The notes: generated by a model not told the origin, from the letters alone. DNA of 64,000 bases from an uncultured Methanosarcinaceae archaeon (GCA_963721455.1 CAVRJG010000052.1:162421-226420); one strand, 5' to 3'. Positions 44,065 through 55,502 are shown, counted from the stretch's first letter. Made by a program: numbers and translations.

Positions 44065-44263
44065 GACACAATGCCAAAATCTAGTGATGAACATAAAATT
44101 AAAAATCACTAGATTTTGAAAATGGTCACAATCCTTTGAACGTGACCTATTGATTGATGCCGGAAGACCTCGAATATTGAGTTTTATTGAAGACTGAATT
44201 CTTCTTGGAAATTCAAGATTTCAATCAAAAAATGCAAAAATCACTAGATTTTGGAACTGAGTC
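44065..44263. mobile_element. 199-bp MITE with 24-bp TIR and 8-bp TSD
   Basis: GACACAATGCCAAAATCTAGTGAT vs reverse complement GACTCAGTTCCAAAATCTAGTGAT; AGCTGGAG duplicated at 44057 and 44264. Confidence 0.82.
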
Positions 44264-44421
44264 AGCTGGAGTGCTTGCCTTCCGCATAAAACATCCCGTA
44301 CGCGTGAAAGGGACATTTCGGGCTCGATAAATCAGAGCAGGCTGCAACTGTCGAAAATTTATTTTCTGCACTGTCCTTGAGAAAAGGTTTTAGGAACGAG
44401 ATAAATTAAGAATATAGCGAA

Positions 44422-44522
44422 AAGAATAAGGAAAACTGACAAAAATAAGGGAAACTGACAAAAATAAGGAAAACTGACAAAAATAAGGAAAGACTAAAAT
44501 AAGAAAACTGACAAAAATAAGG
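44422..44522. repeat. ~19-bp tandem repeat AAAATAAGGAAAACTGACA, 4-5 copies
   Basis: Direct reading of the sequence. Confidence 0.8.
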
Positions 44523-44651
44523 TAAGCTGATAATGCTTTCCCTACTGAATTTATTTCTTTTCATTTTGTACTTTTTATTTTTACTGTTTACATTTATTTT
44601 CTTTTCATTTTTACTTTTTATTTTTACTTTTACTTTTTACTTATTCTATTT

Positions 44652-47600
44652 TTAATTCATCTTTTTATTTTTTTTATGCAGGAATACCGTAAGAAGGCAA
44701 ACTATCCCGGAAATCGTTCCAAATCCTGGCGATTTTGTGACTTTTTCCTGCCCTGTTTTCGATTCAACTTCCGATGCTGTGTTGTTCTGTTTAATAGCCT
44801 GAGTTTCAGTATCAGGTTTTACTTCAGTCACTGATTCTTTTTCGACTGGTTTACCTGTTATTGCAAAGAACGAATATCCTGGTGTTTTTGCCGTGAAGTA
44901 CAGGTACTTATCATCATCCCTTAACAGGGTTACTGGCAGTTCTGACCATTTTTTATCATTATACCTGTTCAAAGTTATGGAAGCCTGGTCGATCTTTTTA
45001 TCCTGTATCCAGGATTTTTCGATCTTGAAGCATACCACAGGGTTTTCTATATTGCTTGAAGTTGCAAACCCTCCGTTTCCAACCCAGACATTGAAGTACT
45101 TGTAAACATCTCCCGAACTCAACTCTGAAACCAGGGTTGATTTTCCTTTGAGTTGTTCAGCAATGGTTGTGGTCTTGCCTGCAGTCTTCTTTGCATCAAA
45201 ACCCACGTAAACAACGCAGGTAGCGTCCCTTGTGAAATCAAACTTTACAGGTTTTCCATTTGAGATAAACGTCTGTGAAATTTCCTTTACCTCAACATTT
45301 TTTGCAGGTTCAGGGGAACCGCCTGCACCGCCGCCGCCACCGCTGCTATGGCTGCTTCCACCACTGCTGCCACCGCTAGAGCTGCTTTCCTGCATTACAG
45401 TTTATTTGGGCAATTTTCGCTGGGGAAGTGCCGTTTTCATTGCTGACCATCAGGTTAACATTATAGTTTCCTGCTGCAGAGTAAGTATGCGCTGGATTCT
45501 GCTCGGTTGAAGTAGTTCCATCTCCAAAGTCCCAGCTCCTTGATGTTGCGTATTGCGAAAGGTCAGTAAACTGGACGGAAAGAGGGGCATACCCGCTCGT
45601 GACACTGGCACTGAAGTCTGCTACAGGTAGAATTTTAAATACTTCCGCAGTTATTTGCAAAGTTTTTGATTCTGTACTATTTTTATTGCTTGCTGAGAGG
45701 GTGACAGTATAGGTTCCTGCTGCAGAGTAAGTATGCATTGGATTCTGCTCGGTTGAAGTAGCTCCGTCTCCAAAGTCCCAGCTTATCGATGTTGCATCCT
45801 GTGAGAGATCTGTAAACTGGACAGCGAGAGGGACAAAACCCTTTATGGGATTGGCGTTGAAGTTTGCGACAGGCACTACCACACGTACGAGCGGGAAATT
45901 GTCTATGATATTGCCGTTGGCTGATACATAGGCGGTATCAATAGTACCGTTATCAATAATACCGTCGCCGTTTGTATCAGAACTAGTATCGGAAAAGCCC
46001 AGTTCTGAAGGAAGTCCCCAGAAGTTGCCTCCAAGGGTTGGTCCGCCCATAACGTTTTTGCCAAGAGTCTTTTCTATGTTCCAGTAGCTTCTATTATTTC
46101 TAACATCTGCATTTTCATAGTTGATTAAACAGTTGTTATAAACCATGTTGTAGAAGCTTCTGGGACACATGTAGATACCTTTCCCATTTGAATTTATATT
46201 ATTGCCTGAAATATTATTGCTTTCAGAAGAGTCGAGAGAGATACCTTCAACAATGCTGCCATGAACTTTATTCCTTGAAAGGGTGTTATTATTTGCAAGC
46301 GAGAGCAGAATTCCTTTATCAAAGTTATCGAAGACCGTATTTTCAGAAAGCGTATTTCCAGTTGAGGTCCACAGGTAGACACCTATCTTATTGAGCTGCG
46401 CTGTATTGATCTTCAGTTCATTATTACTACATGATGAGCCCATTAGACAGATCCCATAGGTATAGCTCTCACTTATAGCATTGTTAATAAGGTCATTCTC
46501 ACTTGAGTTGTCAAGGCGAATACCATCAGCTCTGTTTTTATTCAAAATATTGTTTGAAAGGGTGTTTTGTGTAGATCCGACACCTTGTAAGACAATACCT
46601 CTTAAATTATCGGATGCAGCATTGTTAGATATTTTGTTATTGTTTGTAGTTTCAAGGTAGATACCATTATTACCATTCGAATTTACTTCATTTCCATCCA
46701 CAACATTATTGCTGGAACTAAAGATCAGAGTAATACCATTAAGGCTGTTCGAATTTGCCTTATTGCCTGAAAGCATGTTTTCTCTGGATGTATAGGCTAC
46801 GTAAAAGCCTCTGTCGTTATCATGTACATTATTGTTTATCACACTGTTATTTACGGCAGTCCTCAGAGCTATTCCGTATTCACAGTCTGAAACGGTATTG
46901 CCTTGCACGTAACCATTACTAGACTCATACAGGAATATACCATGGTTATTGTCCGTTGTAGTATTACCTGAAACCTCGTTATTCAAAACTGTGTTTCCAG
47001 AAGACGACTCTATTCTAATCCCGTTATATCCACTGTAAGAAACGATATTGTTTTTCAGGGTGTTCTTGTTTGATCTTGCTAGATTGATCCCCTCTTTCCC
47101 GTTCGAGCTTACAGTGTTGCTTTCTAAAACTTGGTTGTTTGTATCTTCTAGCAATACACCACTGCCAGAATTCTGGCTTACATTATTTCCTGAAATGGTG
47201 TTAATGCCCGGGGAGCTAGCAATCTTAATCCCAGACATGTCGTAACCTGAAACTTGATTGCCCGAAATAGTGGTCGAATCAGACTTTGAAATGTAAATTC
47301 CTGTACTTGCTCCATTGGTAACTATGTTGTTGCTTACTACACTATTTCTGGAATTGCTCACGGATATTCCCATGTTATTGTTTAAAAATTTGTTATTTTC
47401 AATGGTGCATCCATTGCACAAATTCAGAGAAATTCCTGAACTGGTTGCTCCGGTGGCACCACTGATCGTAAATCCTTTAATTTTTGAATTAGATCTGGCT
47501 CCAACATAGATTACATCTTTGCCTGTGGTATTGGAAACAATTATCGTGTCCTCAGGGTTACCCGATGCTGACCTGAGTTCCAGGTTAGCTCTATTTATAT

Positions 47601-47790
47601 CGATATTTTCATAATAGGTACCTGGGGATACAATAATTGTATCACCTGAACTTGCACTTTTCACTGCGGATTGTATTGTTGCATAGTTTCCCGTTCCATC
47701 AGTGGCTACAGTATATGTCGCAGCCGCTCCGATAAAGGAACTTACTGTGAAAATAAAAAATGCTAGTAGTAAAAGTTTTAATTTGTTTAT
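44652..47790 (-). pseudogene. NosD + 2xPKD + PGF-pre-PGF surface protein split by a 1-nt frameshift near 45402
   Basis: Removing one A from CAA ATA AAC TGT gives Q-I-T-V-MQESSS, joining ORF 45376-47805 to ORF 44652-45395 as in the paralog at 38657. Confidence 0.85.
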
Positions 47791-48557
47791 GTCTAATTCC
47801 TCCATACAGATAACAGAAGTTAAAAATGATACTTTCTAAAGTTAATTAGGAATTAATTGCAAATAGAATATAAACATATTGGTTTCGATTAATATATTTA
47901 CAAAGACATTAAATATATGGAAAAGAGTAAGATAACATCTACACTTATTGGAATTACCTCTTGATTACTCTCTCATATAATTGAGTATCCATTTTCCATT
48001 ATATTAAGCTGAAAATGAGTTAAAGCTGACTCTATCTTATTTTTACTCGCTTCCATTTGACTGCTGGAGTCAATAACTGAAATGCACTTTTCGGCTAGCC
48101 AGGACCAATTTCCAAATCTCCTCTAAATTTTGAATAACCTGACGATTTTAGTCCGCTTGGGTAAAATTAATATATTTAGTAAGTTTTCCAAAGAAATGAT
48201 GATATCTTACGAAGTTTTCTCTTACTAAATAGGTACCTATTTTTTATTATTTCTTCAAAAAGGATACCTGGCATAAAATAGAATTAGATACAAAATAAAG
48301 AAATCCAATTAATACAGAAAGAGCTGAGACGCTGGTAAGAAAAGGCAGGACGAAGGATTTGACCAGGGAGAGAAAAGGCAGAGGAAAAATAAATTGACCT
48401 TCACGGAAAATAAAGAAAAATACGCAGGGATAAAAAGGAAAAAGAATCTGCATAAATCCTCTTTCAATGACCTTTTCCTGCGTTAATAAACGGTTTCCCA
48501 TCTCAATAAACTCTATCTCAATAAACTGTTTCCTGCTTCAAAACGCTCTTTCCTGTT

Positions 48558-50135
48558 TCAATAAACAGTTTCCTGCTTTGTCCTCATATTATATGCCCTG
48601 TATTCATCCTCTTTTTTATCCTGCAGGTAAACGTACTGGTATTCCGGATGATTGAGCCTTTTCCTGTACTCTTCCCTGGCTTCAGCCTGGCAGTTATCAC
48701 AGGCGTAGATAGGAATCGAAACCCCGAAGATCCTGGTATCACTTATGCTCCTGTGTGCGCGGGAGTCGATGGTTTTGTAGCCCTGGCAGTCAGGGCACAT
48801 CCGGATTGTTTCTTCCTGCGATTCCTGAATCATATCCGTGTCGTAAAAAATCTGTTTTTTCCGGCGGTAGAAGTCCCCGTGCTTTGCTACCTCTGCCTTC
48901 ACAAGCTCGTCCCTGTTTCTCCAGTTTTCGAGCTGCGCTGCAACGATTTCCTCCAGTGCCTGCCTGTCCCTTGCAGCCTGGACAAACATGCCTGGCTTAA
49001 AGTCAGGTTCCCTTACGCAGGAATAGTCAAGCCCTGCCATTGCAAGGATTATACCTGTGTTCACATAAGGCAGTGCACTCTGGATTGCGTAGCCTCCTTC
49101 AAGCACCGCCATGTCAGGGGCAAGTTTCTCGTTTAGTTTTGCATATCCCTGTGCGGAAAAGCGCATATTTGCGAGAGGGTCGGTATAGTGGTTGTCCTGT
49201 CCTGCAGAATTAAGGATAAGTTCAGGCTTGAAATCCTTAAGAATCGGAAGCACCAGAGAATCGAGCACGTAAAGTATACCCTCATCAGGAGTTGCAGGCG
49301 GGAGGGGAATATTGATTGTCCTGCCAAGGGCTTTTGGGCCGCCCAGTTCGTTTATGAAACCCGATCCTGGGTAAAGTGTCCTTCCGTCCTGGTGGAAAGA
49401 AATAAAAAGCACATCAGGATCGTTATAGAAGATTTCCTGTGTCCCATCCCCGTGATGCACGTCAGTATCCACGATTGCTATCCTGCGGACCCCATATTTT
49501 TTTCTCAGGTATTCGACCAGGATAGCTTCGTTATTGATATTGCAAAAACCCCGGTTTCCGTGAGCTACAGTCATCGCATGGTGGCCAGGCGGGCGGACAA
49601 GGGCAAAAGCGTTTTTGACCTCCCCTTTCATCAGGGCATCCCCAAGCACCAGGCAGCTTCCTGCCGCGATCAGGTGAGGGGTTGTAGCCTGGGCTTTTAT
49701 GTCAGGCACACAGAAGTGGACTCTGGCAATATCTCTGCAATCTGCAAGGCGGGGTTTATATTCGGCTATTTCTGGAAGATCCATCAGGCCTTCTTCAAAA
49801 ATCTGGTCCCTGGTATAGAGGAGGCGCTCTTCTCTTTCAGGGTGGGTCGGAGAAATAGCCCAATCGAATGCAGGGAAGAATATAAGTCCTGTTTTTTTGG
49901 CTTCAGCGCGGTCTGCCGGAGATAAAGGTCCATCTTCCGGTTCCAACCCGGTCTTTTTCAATTCCATTTTAGTTCCCTCGGATGTTTCAGGCCTATATTC
50001 ATCATTTCTTATCTTCTGGATTTCTTCTTTGTCGAACTGTCTTTTCCCCTCGACATGTTCTTTTTTACCTTCTGAAGTGCTTTCCGCGGTCACACCTTTC
50101 AGTGTGTCCTTGATCCTTCCAAACCCTAACTTCAT
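48558..50135 (-). CDS. Histone deacetylase family (acetylpolyamine amidohydrolase-like) protein with C-terminal CxxC..CxxC
   Basis: HPE, RPPGHHA, GFC, DTDVHHGDGTQ, SAGQD and VLEGGY; ATGA overlap with the hydantoinase gene. Confidence 0.9.
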   Translation of the reverse strand: MKLGFGRIKDTLKGVTAESTSEGKKEHVEGKRQFDKEEIQKIRNDEYRPETSEGTKMELKKTGLEPEDGPLSPADRAEAKKTGLIFFPAFDWAISPTHPEREERLLYTRDQIFEEGLMDLPEIAEYKPRLADCRDIARVHFCVPDIKAQATTPHLIAAGSCLVLGDALMKGEVKNAFALVRPPGHHAMTVAHGNRGFCNINNEAILVEYLRKKYGVRRIAIVDTDVHHGDGTQEIFYNDPDVLFISFHQDGRTLYPGSGFINELGGPKALGRTINIPLPPATPDEGILYVLDSLVLPILKDFKPELILNSAGQDNHYTDPLANMRFSAQGYAKLNEKLAPDMAVLEGGYAIQSALPYVNTGIILAMAGLDYSCVREPDFKPGMFVQAARDRQALEEIVAAQLENWRNRDELVKAEVAKHGDFYRRKKQIFYDTDMIQESQEETIRMCPDCQGYKTIDSRAHRSISDTRIFGVSIPIYACDNCQAEAREEYRKRLNHPEYQYVYLQDKKEDEYRAYNMRTKQETVY

Positions 50136-51844
50136 TCTTTCTCTCCCCTTTTCCATTCCGGGATCAGGCCTGCAGGAATCTGCATATTCACGTCAAAAAG
50201 CCGCCCTACAGTGGACCAGCCGCTGACAACGTTAAAAACTTCACTATCAACAATCTCGGCTTCGTCCGCATACTCGGAAATTCCATAACTTTCCGCACGT
50301 TCCCTGAGGAGTTTTGCGGCAAGGGCTTCAGCTTCATCTGAACCCATCCTGTTGAAATTACCGATATCTGTTACGTTAAGGCTGACGATCTCCCCTTCTT
50401 CAGCGACTGAGTACACTTTCTGTTCAGTATCAATGCGCAGGTTCAGAGTAAGCGTGGGCCTTGCAACGGCTGCTCCGATAGCGTTTCCTACTTCTGCATA
50501 TTTAGGAATAACAGGTTTTGCATCAAGTTTTTTCGCAATTTCTGCAATCAGGCCTCTCGCCCCACCTCCGATTCCTACCACGTTTTCGGGCTTTGCCTTC
50601 TTCTCTTGCAGAACTTCCCATATCCTGTAAGCAGGCTCCTGTGCCCATTCAAGAAACATCTCATTGACTGCTTCAACAATCATCTGTGTAGCTTTATCCA
50701 CTATCAGGGATGCAGTTTCAATCTCGGATTTACCCAGGCTGGAGGCTGTGGCTTTAATTGCTTTCCTTGCACGTTCGGGATTTCCTACCTCAATAAGCCC
50801 GAGCACCTTCAGGGCATCAGTCGGGGTAGTTTCTTCTCCTCCCATGCAGTAAGCAGGACCTGCCCTATCAGGGCCGACAGTTATCAGCTTTGTACCGCTG
50901 TTCGAACTCGTAACCCTTACAACGCTGTCTCCTCCAACAGCTATCGAGCGGACAGCAAAAGCCCGAACATGCGTCAGGAAGCCTCCTAGCTTTGCGCCTT
51001 TAGAAGCCAGAAGGGGCTCGCCTGAAAGGATTAACGCAAGGTCTGTGGTGGTTCCTCCTATATCCGCTACCACGGATGTCTCCCCTTCAGGGGTAAGGGC
51101 GAGGGCTCCAATTGTGCTGGCAGCAGGGCCTGAAAAGATAGTTTCCACAGGGAACTCTATTGATTTCTCAACCGGGAGAGTCCCTCCGTCGGCTTTCAGG
51201 ATATAAACAGGAGCCCTGATATTCCTCTCCTCAAGGGCTTTTCTGATTTTCTCAACAAATTCCTGATAGTTCTCTCTGGTAGCAGAGGCGAGCATGGTAG
51301 TTGCTATCCGCCTTGGGAAATTCAGTTTTCCCGAAACCTTATGCCCGAGTTCCAGTTTGCAGCCCGGATACATTTCCCTGAATATTTCCTCTATCCTGAG
51401 TTCATGGGAAGGGTTTCTCTGCCCGAATTTACTCACAACGGCAGCCCTGGAAAATCCAAGTTCCCGGATCAAGCCCACTGCTTTCCTGAGCTCGGCCTCA
51501 TCGAGGGGCTGAATTTCCCTTCCCCTGTAATCCATAGCCCCTTTGAGATAAAAACTGTCAGGAAAAGTATAACTTGCCGGGTTAACACCAGGTCCGGGGA
51601 TGAGCAGCAGGGCTACCCGGTCAGTTTTGCCTTCGGCAATGAGATTTGTTATCACGGTTGTGCTGAATACCACTCTTTCCAGCTGCTCAGGAGGGATATC
51701 TTTGCTGATCGCATCAAGGGCTTCAAGCAGGGAACTCAGGAGATCCCCGGGCTCAGTGGAAACCTTGGCAGTACTGTACACTTCTCCATTCCGGATAAGC
51801 ACCGCATCCGTGGTGGTGCCTCCGACATCAATTCCTATTAACAT
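50132..51844 (-). CDS. Hydantoinase/oxoprolinase family protein
   Basis: GIDVGGTTTDAV, SGPAAS, DIGGTTTD, PTDAL and NAIGAAVA motifs. Confidence 0.9.
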   Translation of the reverse strand: MLIGIDVGGTTTDAVLIRNGEVYSTAKVSTEPGDLLSSLLEALDAISKDIPPEQLERVVFSTTVITNLIAEGKTDRVALLLIPGPGVNPASYTFPDSFYLKGAMDYRGREIQPLDEAELRKAVGLIRELGFSRAAVVSKFGQRNPSHELRIEEIFREMYPGCKLELGHKVSGKLNFPRRIATTMLASATRENYQEFVEKIRKALEERNIRAPVYILKADGGTLPVEKSIEFPVETIFSGPAASTIGALALTPEGETSVVADIGGTTTDLALILSGEPLLASKGAKLGGFLTHVRAFAVRSIAVGGDSVVRVTSSNSGTKLITVGPDRAGPAYCMGGEETTPTDALKVLGLIEVGNPERARKAIKATASSLGKSEIETASLIVDKATQMIVEAVNEMFLEWAQEPAYRIWEVLQEKKAKPENVVGIGGGARGLIAEIAKKLDAKPVIPKYAEVGNAIGAAVARPTLTLNLRIDTEQKVYSVAEEGEIVSLNVTDIGNFNRMGSDEAEALAAKLLRERAESYGISEYADEAEIVDSEVFNVVSGWSTVGRLFDVNMQIPAGLIPEWKRGEKE

Positions 51845-52139
51845 TCACAATTCGCCTATCCTCGCCTATATGTATTCTTTTGTTATCTTTTTCTTCCTTA
51901 TTTTATATCCAGTTTCAAATGAATTCTTAGTATAGAAGTATGTGTGATTTGTTTCAATTTGTACAGCGCCGTGTCTCTCATGCGCAGGATACTTATTTTT
52001 AAACCTATAGGACAAAAAATTTGAATGAAAAAATCACTCTGGCCTGAAAAAAATTTCTGCTTTCAGGCATTAAAAGAAAGCTGAATTTGAGATTCAGTTT
52101 TAGAATGGGATTGGTCTGATAAGGTTCAAAAGGTAATTT

Positions 52140-54818
52140 TTATGCTTTTGAGGGTGATAATATATCTTCGAACCTGATAGTAAATTTTGTTTCTTTCTCT
52201 TTTTCAAGCTCGATTGTTCCGTTAATCTGATCAACGAGAGCGTTTACAAGTTGCAAACCAAGAGTTCCGGGATTTTTGAAATTGACATTTTCCGGAAAAC
52301 GAGCCCCGTTGTCCGAATAGATAAGAGTAAACCTGGAAGATGTCTCAGGCACTTTATTTCCTGTGGCTTCTGCAAAACCTGTTTTTTGACCGTCTGCTTC
52401 ATTTCTGTAAAGGAAAATCCTGATCTCTCCTTCTGCACCTCTGGGAAATGCGTATTTAAGGGAGTTTGAAAAAAGTTCGTTAATTACGATTCCAAGGGGA
52501 ATTGCTGTATCAATCCCGAGAAATGTGCTGTCCGCCTCAAGGAGAAGCTTGACCTTCTCGTTTCCAACTCTGTAAGAACGCAAAAGGTCAGCAGTCAATT
52601 TCCTGAGATATGCTGCAAAATCAATGCTCGTTGCGTCCTCTGATTTATAAAGCTCTTCATGGATTATGGACATTGAGACTACGCGGTTTTCGCTTTCTCT
52701 GAAGGCTTCAATAACGTCCTTGTCTTTAAATTTTTCAGCCTGAAGGCTGAGCAGGGACGAAACTACCTGAAGGTTGTTCTTGATCCGGTGGTGAATTTCT
52801 CTCATGCCGATTTCTTCGGCTTTCGCGAGGTTTTCCTCAACTTTTTTCCTCTGAGTAATGTCATAAGCATAGCCCTGGATAAACATTGTTTCGCCTGAGG
52901 CATTGCAGACATTGTGGATTAACTCATGAACCCACGCCACAGTTCCATCTTTCCGCCTAAGCCTGTACTCATGCTCCATAAGCCTGTACTCATGCTCCAT
53001 AATGGAGTTCGGGGAGGAAATCATTTTTTTCCGGCTTAGATTGAACAGCGGCCTGTCTTCCGGGATAATAAGGTCAATCAGAGATATTCTACCGGAGATA
53101 AAGTCTTCTTCTGTATACCCGGTTATTTCCTCAAGAGCTCCCTCAAGAAAGAGGGGAACAAAATTCCTGTCAAGTTTAAATGAAACTCCTTTGAAATTCT
53201 GTAAAAACGACCTGTAGAGCTCTTCGCTTTCCTTCAATTTTTCAGAGGACTGTTTAATTTCGGTAACATCTTCCATTACCCCAAGAGCTTTGCATACACG
53301 GTCTTCCTCATCTCTCAGATATACCCCTTTATTTTTCACATAGAAATAGCTTCTATCCTTCCGCCTGAACCTGAATTCCTCTTTGAATTTTTCTCCTGTG
53401 TTACAGCACTTTTTGAATGACTGCTGTATTCTTTTGCGATCTTCCGGATGAATATGTTCGAGCCAGTCATAAAAATCCAATTTCTCAATTTCTTTATAAC
53501 TGTAGCCGGTGAGTTCCGTGACTGCCCCTGCCCACTCAACATGGCCGTTTTTCAGTTCAATATCGTATATCAACTGCCCTGTCTGTTCAGCAATAAGGCG
53601 GTATCTTTCTTCGCTTTTTTGCAGTTTTTCTTCCGTTTTTTTGCGTCCTGTGATGTCAAGCATTACTCCTATAAGCCCTTCTGCAGCTCCACAATAGTTT
53701 TTGTATACGGCTTTATTGAAAATAAAGTCCCTTTTCAATCCGTCAGAACACATTACTTTGGACTCGTAAACCTGGCCTCCTCTTTTCTGGAATAGCCGCT
53801 GGTCCATTCTTTTGTAGACTTCCCCAAGTCCGGCAGGAATTGCTTCAGTAAGCTCGTCCATGGAGTGTCCGGTCACCTTTTCTTTTGAACACCCAAGGAT
53901 CATTTTTGCAAAGAGCTCGTTGCAGCCCTGATAAACGCCTTTTAGGTCCTTGTAAAATACAGGAGCCGGAATTGTATCCAGCAGCGTCTCCAGGAAATAA
54001 ACCTTTTCTCGGTGGGCATCTTCTACTTCTTTTCGTTCAACGGTCAATGAAATGAGTATTGCAGCCGCATTCAGGAAATTAGCATCTTCCTCGGTAAATT
54101 TTTCCTTTTTCGTGCTGTGAGCCGTGAGCACTCCATAAGGCTTTTCAACACTTCCTATGAGCACACTTATCCCGCTCATTATATCCTGATACCCTTCAAG
54201 TCCCATTGTCCTGAGGGAGTTTTTCCGATCCAGTTTTTCTAACAGGATAGATCTGTTTGAAAGTACAGTGTAGCCTGCTCTTGAGGCTAAATCTTTTTTA
54301 ATGATTTTACCTGTATCCTCTGGCTTCCAGCCTATCCCTCTCTCAAACAAAAAATTTCCATCAGGCAAGAGTTTCAGAATGTTGCAGTATTCTACGCCAA
54401 GAGTAGCTGCAACCAGAGGTAAGACTTCATCCAGCAGAGTCCGGAAGTCCTGGGTTTTGAGAGAAAGCTCGGCAATTAGGGAAAAGACTTCTTGTTCCCT
54501 CTTTCTTAAAAGTAGTTTTTCCTCGGTTTGTTTGAGGGGGGTGATATCGGATGCACAGAGAATTATACCCTCACCGGCAAGTAAAGGAGTAAAAGTAATT
54601 GAATATGTTTTTTCGCCTGCTTTGAGTTCCATCTGAGCAGGTTTCTTTTGGAGTGCTACTCTCCGGACAGTATTCAGGATTTCAACCGGAACTTTCTCTC
54701 CAACCTGGCTTTTAAGCACTTCAAGCAAGGATTTTCCTGCCTTGTTTGCGTAAAGAATAGTTTCTTCTTCCCCCGTTCTCAGGATAGGGGCAGGGCTGTT
54801 TAAAAGGAATTCCCTCAT
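52140..54818 (-). CDS. PAS/GAF sensor histidine kinase (HisKA_2 type); possible ATA start at 54863
   Basis: EIHHRIKNNLQVVSSLL, NELFSNSLKYAF, DNG and LGLQLV; several PAS/PAC domains and one GAF. Confidence 0.92.
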   Translation of the reverse strand: MREFLLNSPAPILRTGEEETILYANKAGKSLLEVLKSQVGEKVPVEILNTVRRVALQKKPAQMELKAGEKTYSITFTPLLAGEGIILCASDITPLKQTEEKLLLRKREQEVFSLIAELSLKTQDFRTLLDEVLPLVAATLGVEYCNILKLLPDGNFLFERGIGWKPEDTGKIIKKDLASRAGYTVLSNRSILLEKLDRKNSLRTMGLEGYQDIMSGISVLIGSVEKPYGVLTAHSTKKEKFTEEDANFLNAAAILISLTVERKEVEDAHREKVYFLETLLDTIPAPVFYKDLKGVYQGCNELFAKMILGCSKEKVTGHSMDELTEAIPAGLGEVYKRMDQRLFQKRGGQVYESKVMCSDGLKRDFIFNKAVYKNYCGAAEGLIGVMLDITGRKKTEEKLQKSEERYRLIAEQTGQLIYDIELKNGHVEWAGAVTELTGYSYKEIEKLDFYDWLEHIHPEDRKRIQQSFKKCCNTGEKFKEEFRFRRKDRSYFYVKNKGVYLRDEEDRVCKALGVMEDVTEIKQSSEKLKESEELYRSFLQNFKGVSFKLDRNFVPLFLEGALEEITGYTEEDFISGRISLIDLIIPEDRPLFNLSRKKMISSPNSIMEHEYRLMEHEYRLRRKDGTVAWVHELIHNVCNASGETMFIQGYAYDITQRKKVEENLAKAEEIGMREIHHRIKNNLQVVSSLLSLQAEKFKDKDVIEAFRESENRVVSMSIIHEELYKSEDATSIDFAAYLRKLTADLLRSYRVGNEKVKLLLEADSTFLGIDTAIPLGIVINELFSNSLKYAFPRGAEGEIRIFLYRNEADGQKTGFAEATGNKVPETSSRFTLIYSDNGARFPENVNFKNPGTLGLQLVNALVDQINGTIELEKEKETKFTIRFEDILSPSKA

Positions 54819-54989
54819 CCAGTTTTCTTCGGTTTCTCCATCTATGCTGTCATTCCGGTTTATGCCAGAGCCACCTGTCCATGATTTTCTCTACTCTTTT
54901 TAGTAATTATTTCTCAATATTTTGGATTATTTATTCCAGGATTCAAATTCTTAAGCCTATTTCTAAGCATTATTTTGTGGTCATCTATA

Positions 54990-55060
54990 AAATACTTATA
55001 ACATATTAAATCTGTAAATACTTATAACATATTAAATCTGTAAATACTTATAACATATTA
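54990..55060. repeat. 26-bp tandem repeat AAATACTTATAACATATTAAATCTGT, about 2.7 copies
   Basis: Copies at 54990, 55016 and 55042, in the divergent promoter region. Confidence 0.85.
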
Positions 55061-55313
55061 ATATTCGGATAATTCACTCAAATAAATAATATAAGTCCTT
55101 CGATAAAAGTCCGGTTGAATTCAGACAATTAACCATGAGTATTTATAAAAAACCTGGCATTTATGAATCCGTAGGTACCGGCAAAGCCTGCAGCAATTCC
55201 TGGAAAAACGCCTGGATTCCGGAAAAATGCCCGGATAAAAATGCTCGGATAATGTAAAGGCTAATATCTGAAATTCAAAAATTAAACTCGATTTTTGTAA
55301 AAAAGGTGATATT

Positions 55314-55502
55314 GTGGAGGATTTTAACCAGCTCAAAAGAAAACTTGATGATATGAACGCTTCGGAACTTTTCGGGTATGTAAGGGAGAACTATCCTGAA
55401 AACGAGGATCTTGGGATCGGGTCCAAAAAAATAGTCATCAGGAAAATCCTTAACTTTGAAAGAAACAGGATGAATGAGCAGGAAGGTTTAAAGGAAGGTT
55501 GA
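55314..55502 (+). CDS. Small hypothetical protein
   Basis: AAGGTGA SD + GTG, 62 aa; followed by GAGCAGGAAGGT repeats. Confidence 0.65.
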   Translation: MEDFNQLKRKLDDMNASELFGYVRENYPENEDLGIGSKKIVIRKILNFERNRMNEQEGLKEG

